Assembly (NCBI GenBank): GCA_025786725.1
Contig: JAHLTZ010000021.1
Span: 186,001-250,000, forward strand
DNA: 64,000 nucleotides
Direction: 5' to 3'
Source of the DNA: Syncephalis fuscata S228
Taxonomy: Eukaryota > Fungi > Zoopagomycota
Shown: piece by piece, positions 1 through 10,376 of the stretch
How positions within the stretch are numbered: the first letter of the stretch is position 1
How the letters are laid out: each line of letters begins with the position of its first letter
Notes under the pieces: model-generated
The model's input: only the letters and a program-made list of their open reading frames with translations
What the model was told of the DNA's origin: nothing
The model's database searches: none
Made by a program: the position numbers and the translations under genes

Positions 1-1054
1 TGCAGCTTCATTGTTGATATCCACATATTTCCATTTGATCATTTATAACGTTTTATGTTTCATTATCGTCTGCTCATTGTCAAGTAGCTTACTTGTATAT
101 TAAGACTGCTACTGGCTTACATGTCGTCTATTATTGATGTAAACTCAGAGTTGATTACATCTGACTGAGATGGCCTGATAGTACAGTTTAGCATTTTTGC
201 ATTGCTTTATAATCAGACAATTGCTAATTTCATGCTCAAGTTTAATACTTTATTATCAAAACATTGTTATTCGCCATTTAATAGTTAGTACTGGCAGTTG
301 GCCGTTAAAAATAGATTTTGTATTGCTAGTTGATAGCACAGTACTAAAATGTGCTGTCCATTCCAATACTGATAGACATGACGTCAAACTAAGTATTTGT
401 ATGAACCAATCAGTATATCCTCATAGTTCTAGACAGTACGACTAGTCTATGCATAATGATAGATCCGCAATAAGCAATATTGCAGTGTATCAATGTTACT
501 GTTGCATTGATGTTATGGACTGTTTGGAATGCATGTAGATATGGAAATTGATTTTGCCGGTAAAAGTGACAATAGAAGCATAATGACGCATTGTCACTGT
601 TTTTTAAAGCCAATAGATCTAGTTTGCGACGTGTAGTTGAGCTGTGTAACGGTGCTGTACAGATTTGTATGTAAATTTCTACCACATATGTATCGGATCA
701 TTAGTACTGCCACGTCATCTGTGCAAATGCCGAGCTAACTGAAGCAAAGTCTAGGCTTTGTAGCATCAAACCATCACTAATTGGTGCAAACATCCTAAAC
801 CATCGTGTGGATGTGCTTTATGAATGTGCTTTATTGATTCCTATTGCCCATCAATGATACAGTTTCATACAATGTAGTATGTCAATGTCTCAGCACAACT
901 ATAGACTTAAATAGTCTACAAACTACACACAACTGACTAGTACCATCATCATCACCATACTCTACTTTTTGCCAAATACTCACTACTACCTACTTTATAC
1001 TAAACACATACCATCTTCCATTCTACTTGTTTCTTTTAACAATCTAGTATTACC

Positions 1055-1699
1055 ATGAAGCTTTCTATTGTCGTCGTCGGTACTATTGTCGTGGCTCTTG
1101 TGGCTACTATGACCGTGTGGACGCTAAGCCAGTTCTAGCTCGTCGTGGTATGTTGCAATTACAATAAATATGTAAATTAGTATACTTATTAACATTATGT
1201 TTACCTAATGCATCATTAGAACGTAAGTCATGATTATGGATCATTATTCCAACACTTATTGACACTATTATACACATGATGGCCATTGTAACACATAACA
1301 GCTGCCAGTAAGTGGAATTGTATATTATTTGATTACATACCAATTATATTTTATGTATTATGCATGTTTGATGACTTGTATTTAAGCAGGTAAATAACAA
1401 TATGTATTGATCAAATATATGCTAATTATGCACTATGCGTATCCAATAATGATACTAATAGTCGGTAAGTGATGTTTTGTATCAAGTAAATATAAACTAA
1501 TTACATGCTATGCGCTGTGTGTGTTTAACAATCTAATATCAATAGTTGGCAAGTGACATTTTATATTAAATAGCTATACATTAATTAAACAATATGCGTT
1601 GTACGTGTTTGATTATTTCTATCGATAGTTTGTAAGTGACATTGCATATTATTAATTTCTAAGCTAATTATACGACATATATATTTATCAATAGTTTAA
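1055..1699 (+). CDS. Micro-exon gene encoding a small secreted pre-pro-peptide (signal peptide + RR Kex2 site + ~8-aa tail from 3-6 nt exons)
   Basis: ATG at 1055 gives MKLSIVVVGTIVVALVATMT-(G)VDAKPVLARR; this needs +1 nt near 1115. Exons AAC 1220-22, CTGCCA 1302-07, CAG 1387-89, TCG 1462-64, TTG 1546-48 and TTT 1629-31 are each bounded by AG and GTAAGT/GTAAAT/GCAAGT. The last exon is TT-TAA at 1695-99. Confidence 0.7.
1390..1697 (+). repeat. Degenerate tandem repeat of intron + 3-nt-exon units (~66-84 bp)
   Basis: Units start gtaagtga/gcaagtga, contain (c)taatta..tatgcg in the middle, and end tatcaatag/tatcgatag + TTN. Confidence 0.65.
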
Positions 1700-2327
1700 C
1701 TGGCGCATCCAAGGCATTAGTGTTGATGATGTAGTTGGAGCTGCTTGATCAATGCATTCTAGGTATATCTTTGGCAAAAATCAAGACCATTTGACAATTG
1801 CTGTTTATTCCACTCACGTATCAAGTTCCAAACAATGCTTTTGGTTTATTCAATTATTAATCAACAATGCCATCACATTAACAGCAAGTTTTTATTTAGT
1901 TGTGCTTATCCAACTATGCAAAATTATGCTAATAAACATATTGTTTTATTTTAATTGTATGTAATCAAGCTATTGCAGATATTGTTGTTTGACTTAAATT
2001 CAGAAATTAGTAAATGCTAACCAAACAATTATATTGGAAATAAGCCTGTATGAACACAATTAATTAATTATTAGGATATATTGGCGTGGTTGTAGCAGTA
2101 TTACCATTCAAACTATAGTTGTGTCTATCAATATCGTAGCAATACATGTTGACAATATAGTTGAATATATTCGTTTGTAAACATGTCATAAATATTATTT
2201 CAATTGCAATATTTAAATTAAAATAGTATTAATTGCCATTATTTTAGTTTTTTTTAAAATCATGCTTAATAGCTTTTTATTTCGAGTTGTTTGCTGACAC
2301 AGTATAATCATGTGTCAAAAAACAGCT

Positions 2328-4309
2328 TTAAAAGAGAGAATAAACCAAAAGATTGGAAGTGTCCGCCGGAATAAGCGACCGATCAATGCGTGTAGCCGTT
2401 TCTTTAAGAGCCGTAATCACACTGTCTACCGTTGTATAGTTGCGTTCAGCTACAGCAATGGCAGCTACAGACGCAGCAATGGCTGATGCAATACTAGTTG
2501 ATGACGGGCGTTAGCTAATTTAGAGCAGTTTAAAATAATCACTTACCTGCTACCACTCTTCGTTGTAAGGCCGCCGGTAAGATTGATTGATGAAATGTCA
2601 ACACCTGGAGCAAGTAGATCGATGCACGGCCCATGGGCGGATGACTTGAATAGCCTATCTGTGCGATCGGTTGCCGCTACAAGCACACCTTTGTCGATGG
2701 ATCCGATGGTCTGTTGCAGACATCCTGGAAAACATAGCTAGCTCCTATTGTAACCAGGACATTATACTTGTAAAGCATTGTGATTGGATCGGCCAAAGTA
2801 TCGACAGCGCCGCTGCTGACTGACAAGCTGATAATCCACGGCTTTGTCATAGTACCATTCTTGATGGCGTTAGAAGCCTGGGTGGCGATACTTCCCAATG
2901 CCTGCAAGGTCCATGATAGCTCTCCCATACCATCTTTGTCAAGCACCTTGTAGGAATTAAGAGTTGCATTTTGGGCCACGCCGTTTGTAGCGCCCACCAT
3001 GACACCAGCGATATGTGTACCTAATAATATTTAAGCGTTTAATACTAATACTCTTCTGTACCTACCATGCCCATTCAGGTCTACGCCATCTTCAGTTGGC
3101 ACAAAAGACACGACTCGACGAATATTTTTGGCAATTTCTGGATTGTTTTTATCTACACCAGTATCAAGTAGGAATAGTCTTGTACCATGACTGTAATAAA
3201 ATTAAATAATTAGCATAAAAATAATCATTGCAATTACAACTTACGCAGGATATGGAGAATGTGTAACTGTAGGTAAATCCAAATTGGGATTTTCTCTTTG
3301 CGTAATACGTAATAAGTGCCAAGGAGCTGGTGGCGGTGGGGTCAAAACTGGAGGCACAACCATTGCGGGAGGTATATTTGGTAAAGACGCCACTGGATTA
3401 GGAGTTAAAGGTACTGAAGGCGGACTGGAACCGGCTTTGGTGTCGGTGGTGTCGGCGTCGGCGTGACTATAGGCGCTGGTGGATCTACTACAGCTGGTGC
3501 TGGCGCCGGACTCTGTGTTGCTTTGATGACGGTGTCGGTGTCGGCGTGACTATAGGTGCTGGGGATCTACTACAGCTGGTGCTGGTGCCGGACTCTGTGT
3601 TGCCTTTGATGACGGTGTCGGGTGCTTAGTGCGGTGGATCTATACGCTGGTGGGCGGACTTGTGTTTGATGACGGTGTCGGCGGCGTGCTATAGGTGCTG
3701 GTGGGTTTACTACAGCTGGTGCTGGTGCCGGACTCTGTGTTGCCTTTGATGACGGTGTGACTGTAGGTGCTGGTGGATTTACTACAGGTATTGCCGGTGA
3801 CACCGTTCCTATGGAACCATGTGGTACCATGATACTTGCAATAGGATTGTCAAGGTTCATAGAAGAGAGCTGTGGTGGAGATCCAATGGGATTTACAGCA
3901 AAAGCTGGTAAACGATTTGGCAAGAAATTAAATTCTATGCCAGTAGTAATAATTAAATCGGGATCAATACTTGCTACATTTTTATTGACTTTAAGTGTGG
4001 ATGCTTCTTTTGGCGTTAAAAAGCCACTAAAAATCGACATATCAGGCCATTCAATTTTTATTTTATCTCGAGCCTTTATAGAAAGTGCATCAGGATCTAT
4101 GTGCTAGAGTTAGCTTTTGACAATACATTGACATTGGACTTGCCAGCAGATTGTTTCATTTTAACAATATAACGCTCCTCCAAATGGCCATCATCACGGA
4201 CTCGTTGTATTCTGGCTACTCTATTATTTGCGGTGTTAAGCGCACTAGCATCAACAATGAGCAGTAGTGCTGCCACTAAAGCGCCAACACTACAATATTT
4301 TGAAAGCAT
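2328..4309 (-). CDS. Secreted subtilisin-like serine protease (S8, proteinase K-like) with I9-type prodomain and Pro/Thr-rich linker; multi-exon, frameshifted in this assembly
   Basis: Signal peptide MLSKYCSVGALVAALLLIVDA; I9-like ERYIVKMK; motifs LDTG, NGHG-THIAG, KVLDKDGMG, GPCIDLLAPG and SGSSIA. Confidence 0.9.
3440..3790 (-). repeat. Coding tandem repeat (TPSSKATQSPAPAPAVVxPPAPI-like units) in the protease linker
   Basis: Repeated ggtgctggtgccggactctgtgttgcctttgatgacggtg blocks, 4 degenerate copies. Confidence 0.85.
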
Positions 4310-4969
4310 TTAAAAATATTTGCCAAGCTATAATGTACTAAAGTGAAGTATAAAGGCAAATAAGGTTGGCAAAAGCCAACTTTTAAATAGTTGTATTAAT
4401 ACAAATAGTTGGAGAAATTTGATTACAATACATGTCATTTAATAAAATTTCAAGGGATGTACAGATATATACTGCATGCTATCCACTTGATCCGCTTCAA
4501 TGACGATACAAAAATAGCTAAGGAGTCGTGGGGTTTATTCCTAATCTAAGGATCTTGGCCTGGCGCTACCGCTTAAAGGGGTAACAGGGACTGCGTAGAT
4601 AATGTGACCGACTCTTGTTCTGCGGGAGTTATTACAATACATACAAGGCACTTTGTGCCAAGCTTATTTTCTACAAAAATGCGCTAGACATTTATCCTTG
4701 AACAATCAGATTGGAAAAACGCATGACCACTAAACAATGAGCAAACAATCAACAAATCTTTGCTGGTACGCCTTGAAAAGCTACAGCAAGTAAAAAAAAT
4801 AGCTTTTACAATGTAATTAAGGATATTGCTTGAAAAATAAAGAGCTTAAATACTTTTTCTTAATTATTGGTTGTACGAGATGGCACTAACAATTGTAATC
4901 AATGTCATTTCCGGATTCTTTGTTATTGCGCGCTATTTGCTGAGCAGTATAGCTTAGTCTATAATTTGC

Positions 4970-4977
4970 TATAAAAG
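4970..4977 (+). promoter_or_regulatory. Putative TATA box of the small secreted peptide gene
   Basis: TATAAAAG about 65 nt upstream of ATG 5039. Confidence 0.35.
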
Positions 4978-5038
4978 CGCAAATAAATGTCTGTCTGTTT
5001 TGCATCGGCAATCATTACTGCTAAATTTGTTCTTTACC

Positions 5039-5218
5039 ATGTTCATCATCATACCATTTTTGTTTTGTTTGTTTACTGCTGGTCAAGTAACTACTCAACC
5101 TATTTACAACATGAAAATAGGATCCGAGCTCGAACAACACTCCACAAATAATTCCACAACTAATTCCAAACCATTGCCGGTTATTTTACCCCGTGGTCGT
5201 TATGGATGGCGCTATTAG
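5039..5218 (+). CDS. Putative small secreted peptide (59 aa)
   Basis: Hydrophobic leader MFIIIPFLFCLFTAGQVTT-QP, N/S/T-rich middle, basic/aromatic tail PRGRYGWRY; ACCATG start context and upstream TATA. Confidence 0.5.
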   Translation: MFIIIPFLFCLFTAGQVTTQPIYNMKIGSELEQHSTNNSTTNSKPLPVILPRGRYGWRY

Positions 5219-6020
5219 GCAGGACCAAATATGTGCTAGCCGTTGGTATTTACTTAAATATCACTAAACCGAAAAGATACATGTAGTTTTAATAAATTAC
5301 TGTATTTGAAGAGTGATATGCCAATCTGTTAGTATTCATTAATGCAATTATGTCATAAACATTGATCAATTTGACAATGACTTTTCAAAGTATACATTTT
5401 CAGAAAAGGAATGGAAGTTAGCTTTATCAATAATAAACTATTTTATATTGCACCAACAAAATAGTGACCAACATTGTATAGATCAAATTTATTTATTTAT
5501 AGTATATACACTCTTATTCATGCAATGCAATTTAGACTATTATTGTATTCGTTAACAATAATAGAATTAGCATTATATTCTCGTTGAAGCATCAAATATC
5601 TACCAGTCGACACATTTAAATCAATCAAATTTACATGATACAAAAGAGTTGCACATCTATTGTATAGAAACATTCAAAATCTGGAAAAATGGTTAAAAAA
5701 GCACAGGCATATTGACTAAAATGATCAGCTAATTGGATAAGTATTTATGTAGAAAATAAAGCGAAATTACGCAGCTGGTAAATAGTTATAAAATTTTAAA
5801 ATCTGACTAACCATTTGCTATTAGGATATGGCCAATTGATCCTTACGCACAAATATCCATTTTTATATTCTAGCCTTCATAGCATTTTATTTCAAGACAA
5901 ACTTTAAATTATAATAATATATTTGTTAACACTCTTTATATAGCAATGAAAATAAAACCTATAACTTTAGTAAAAATCCTCTTTATATATAGCATCTAGC
6001 TAATACGCCATAGACCAAGC

Positions 6021-6977
6021 TCATTTGTTCAATTTGGCCAATCGGCTTTCCACTAGTCTTGAGACCAATGTGTCCACGTATTGCTTGATGCCAGATCCGG
6101 CGGTGTGATTTATCATCGATGTTTGATTATCGGCTAAATCGGCTGAGTGGCTGTTTGCCTCCGTGATAGAACTTGATAGTACACGCTCCACATATTTACC
6201 AAGCATATCTACCTCGATGTTGATACGGTCACCAACTTGACGTTTTGGCAAAACAACATGGCCTTGTGTATAGGCAATTAACATGACATTAAACCACGGT
6301 CCTTCTTCACCAGTAGCCGATACTTGCGCACCTACTGGATAGTTTACATCGCAAACTGTCAATGAGGTGCCATCCAATGCCACAAATCCCTTGGGGATGA
6401 TATAGCGCATCACGGCGGGGTCGGCCGGTTGCAGTTTAAGCCACAGCGAGTTTTCCTCTTCTGTACGTGAAATAACCGTAACTGTGGTGTCAATATGTCC
6501 CTAAAATACATACAATTATTATAAATATCACAACTATCACAGCCATTTCCGTTACCTGTACAAAATGGCCACCAAATCGAGTATGCGAAGAAAGTGCACG
6601 TTCCAAGTTTACATCTGTTCCAATCTTGAGTTCGCCTAGATAAAAGTAGTTAGCTTTGCAAACAAAATCTATTACTTATATTTACCAAGATTTGTGCGTC
6701 GCAGCGTCTCTGGTGACAATCCGACTTTAAAAGAGTCTTTATCGGCCTCAGTCACCGTCAGACAAGTACCTACCAACAGCCAGCTTATTAGCACTATTAA
6801 ACTAGCTTTTTAGCTGTAGTTACCGTTGATAGCAATGCTGTCACCAAGATGGCAATCGCCTAGAATGGCTTGCGCGCCAGATACAGTCAAGGTCCAGCCG
6901 TTGCCTCCAGACGCGGTTGTATCCAACGTCTGGATATCGCTAACATGGCCCATACACTCGACAATACCGGTAAACAT
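6021..6977 (-). CDS. RIB5: Riboflavin synthase alpha chain (multi-exon)
   Basis: N-terminal MFTGIVE; GDSIAING-TCLTV; GGHFVQGHID; KGFVALDGTSLTV; INIEVDMLGKYVER. Confidence 0.97.
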
Positions 6978-7116
6978 ACTGAAAATTTGGAGAATAACGA
7001 GGAAACAGTGAGAACATCGAGTGAATAGGCTGCAGCATTAATAATCACGTCAGCTGTTACACTGTTTTCGACACTCACACGTTTTCTTTTGTTATTTCTG
7101 GAACTATCTACAAGCC

Positions 7117-7404
7117 ATGGTGTCTGCAACAGCGATTCTGCGTAATAGTGTGGTTGCAAACAGTCGAAGATCAGGACTACAGAGACAAGTACTTGGTCTA
7201 TACCGTTCCTGTTTGCGTACTATCCGTAATAAACCAATAGAGACACAACAACAGTTTCGCTTATTTGCACGTCGTCAGTTTGAACGTAATGATGTAAAAA
7301 TAACCGATATAGCAGCAATTGAACATCTTCTTCGTGTCGGTCAACGTCAACTAGAAACTTATGGGCATCCTAGTGTGCAAAACATTACTGTACCAACAAA
7401 ATAG
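7117..7404 (+). CDS. SDHAF1: LYR-motif protein, succinate dehydrogenase assembly factor 1 (Sdh6)-like
   Basis: SGLQRQVLGLYRSCLR...ARRQF...DIAAIEHLLRVGQRQLE. Confidence 0.85.
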   Translation: MVSATAILRNSVVANSRRSGLQRQVLGLYRSCLRTIRNKPIETQQQFRLFARRQFERNDVKITDIAAIEHLLRVGQRQLETYGHPSVQNITVPTK

Positions 7405-7692
7405 GACAACAACAACTAAACATCTACTATGACAAGGTTATTAAAGTTTGCTTTAATTGAAATAACATAGTTTATGGAGCATTGAGATTTATTAAAATAG
7501 AGAAATAGTAAAAATACGTAGCTCAATACTTTATGTATAGTTACAATGAAAATAAACTGCTTATGATTAATATTTATCATCAGTAGCAAGTGTTTTTTGA
7601 TTAAAATAATCTTATTGGAATGGTATAATGGTTAAATATCATGTTGGTTGGTTGCATAACTTTTATTAACTGTTATATCCAAGCTATCCATA

Positions 7693-8655
7693 TTATGGAC
7701 GATAAATGAGTGCATCTAAAGCTTGAGGATATGAAAACTTGCCAGAATTGCGATCCATAATGTATCCCATATACTCTCCTTCAACTCTTAGCGAGATGAA
7801 TGGTGAACTGGCCGTCTTTGTTACGCCATCATTTCCTAGACAACAAATAAATTGTTAGATAAATATTTCTAGTCTATTAAATCTTTACTTACCTTGTCCA
7901 GTCCATACGCGTTCGCGTACTATTACACGCGACACGGGTAATTCGCGTGGCTTGCTTAGTAGACGAAGACCAGCGGTTTCCACGCGAAAGACGTCGCCAC
8001 GATGGGTCAGCTGAAGGCGTGTAACGTAGCGTGTTGCATAAGCAAGCAACGAAGCGGAAATGCCACAGCCTGCCACGGTCAATCCTATTGCCACTGCTGC
8101 TCGCTGCCATAGCGGCGCTAATACGCGTGAAGGCTGTCCAGTTGTTGTATTAATATCTTTGGTCACAGCAGTTGTAGTGTTGGCATCTGTTGTGCTAGTT
8201 GTTACATCGGATTCTAAGCTCAAGTCGGATGTAGAGGCTACCGTCTCTGCCTGTTGGGCTGTTTCGTTTCGTTTATCTGCTACTGTTAAATAATCAACGG
8301 CTAGCCAGGCGCCATTAAGCCATAATAGTAGCTGGAAAAAAGCAGCCGCGTGTATTAGTGCCGAGAACTGACGGCCATCCCGCTGATAAAACGTTACTGG
8401 TTTCTCTGTGCGTATAATAGCAAGTACCTGGCGCAGAATGTCACGATCTGCTTCGGTAATAGCTGATGGATTCAATTTTGGTTTGTTTGTTATTAGTGCT
8501 TTCCGTTTAACACCGCTGTTTGCTACTACCGACGTCGAAAAAGACAGCCGAAATGGCGTGGAATTACATTGGTATGAAAGCAATAGTCGTCTTAATGGGC
8601 TTACTGCCCACAGTCTACTAGTATGAATTCCGTGTTTTTGCGTAAAGAAAGACAT
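7693..8655 (-). CDS. Mitochondrial two-TM protein, TMEM223-like (2 exons)
   Basis: Arg-rich presequence and two hydrophobic helices; LAPLWQR...YATRYVTRLQL; second exon ends GYIMDRNSGKFSYPQALDALIYRP*. Confidence 0.7.
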
Positions 8656-8869
8656 AGCGTTGGTGTTAATAACAAATAATAAAAGTTAATATATTCAAAG
8701 ACAAATGTAATTATAAGACGTACCAATAAAGAAATAAATACGTTAGTTATAGATACCACTCTACACCAGCAATTATTATCATATAGCGTATCATTAGTAA
8801 AATAACGGTGTAATAAAATATAAAAAGTTTATTTTATCACCAAAACATAAATCAATTCATTGCTAGCGG

Positions 8870-9080
8870 TTTAATGCTGTCCCTTTATTCGTCAAGCAGT
8901 AGAGCTATATGGCCACGACAAATCTATAAAATAATTAAATCGTTAAACAAATAAAGATTATATTAAGCACTTACCTAAGAAGAAAAATACTTGTCAATTT
9001 CAATAGTAACAAGCTCATTAAGACGCTCTTGTCGTTTTGACCTCCACTAACACTTGTCAACAACTGCATATCAATGGTGT
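8870..9080 (-). pseudogene. Highly decayed Fanzor-like RuvC-II fragment with a 51-nt intron
   Basis: AVVDKC*WRSKRQERLNELVTIEIDKYFSS*, intron 8974-8924, then ICRG; parallels KTAE*QGLLVIVNIDEYNTSKVC at 25.3 kb. Confidence 0.4.
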
Positions 9081-9549
9081 AATATACTGTGTTATACATT
9101 TCAGTTTTTATTTTCAGATCAATTAGCCGAGATAAACAGTTTAAAGCAAAGTTGTATTGTAAAAATAGTTTTATTTATATCTTGTATTCACTAAATATCA
9201 ATCTTGTCAAAATGCCATTTAAATTGCTATTTCCAATGGAGAAACGGCTGTCTAACAAACGACTTTTTACGAAATGGATTATACTGACTTAAATAATCAA
9301 CGAATTATTTAAATTGGTGTATGTTTAAATCACTATTTGTTATCGTACCTATTTTTATTACGCTTTACTTTCGCTCTGTTATTAAGTGATTTTATTTCAA
9401 TACTTATCACAAAGTGGAATCAACTAATTGAAACTACAAATTATAGTGTCTACTTATGGCAGAAAATTGTAATAACAACCTGTAAGCTAGTAGAAAGCAC
9501 TCTTACTACCATTACTCGGCTTTACATAATTTTTTTAAACTTTAATTGC

Positions 9550-9945
9550 AATATTGTTACAAAACCAGATGTATGGCTATGTAATGTTTCTAAGCAACCT
9601 AAATAGGAGAAAGTGTGATAAAGGTGGCTTAGTCATGTTTAGATATTTAAGTAAATAAAGATTATTAATTTAATAGCTTAACAACTTTTATTACCAATAA
9701 ATAACTTTGTTTAGTAATTTAAAACAAAAGTTTCAACTGTATTAATCTGAAAGTAAGCTAAAAGTAATTGGAAGTAGAAAGTTATTTATTTAATTTTTGG
9801 CCGGCGGTATTAAGTGTTTATACTACTGTTGGCCGTTAAATGGCAAGTAAATGTAATGGACCCGATGGGAAAAGGCTTAATTAGAGTACAACAAAGCTTA
9901 ATTTAAATTTTGTTGAATCATGTAATTTAGGCAATAGTAACAATA
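9550..9945. repeat. Dispersed ~390-bp repeat, copy 1 (copy 2 at ~24075-24465)
   Basis: Near-identical direct match, e.g. ctaagcaacctaaataggagaaagtgtgataaaggtggcttagtca...gggaaaaggcttaattagagtacaac. Confidence 0.95.
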
Positions 9946-10376
9946 TTATCTATAAAGACATGCTGCTTTACTTGATAATGAGTAATTAGTGCATTAAAAT
10001 AATAAATAATAAATGATTATGCGTTTATAATTGATAATTATTTGTTCACGCAAATTATATTGTAATAGCATTTGCCATATCAGCGAATATTGTATAAGCC
10101 ATTATACTAAATAGGTTTTAGTATCATAAGATTACTATTGGGCAAGAATTTAATATGGACAGGAATGTTTATATATATTTATTGTAGAAGAATTATGGTG
10201 TACTTTATAGTTACTCAAATATAAGGACTAAGTATAGACACATTAACAATGGAATTGCCGATAGTACTAGTCATGGCGTGATGTAACCGTCAGCGTTATA
10301 AAGCATGACAACGATCAACTACCATATACACGTATCATTACATTGCTGCTTTTAATACTTAATAGTAACATATTTG

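Noticed and set aside
1-800. Possible decayed F-box-like coding relic on the minus strand (LDFASVS/RHLH..MW)
   Set aside because: Too many stops and frameshifts to support a call by eye.
1107-1343. 78-aa minus-strand ORF
   Set aside because: Antisense shadow of the micro-exon gene; no independent features.
1390-1697. Periodic repeat considered as a CRISPR-like array
   Set aside because: Units are degenerate along their whole length, have no repeat-spacer structure, carry splice signals, and lie in a eukaryotic context.
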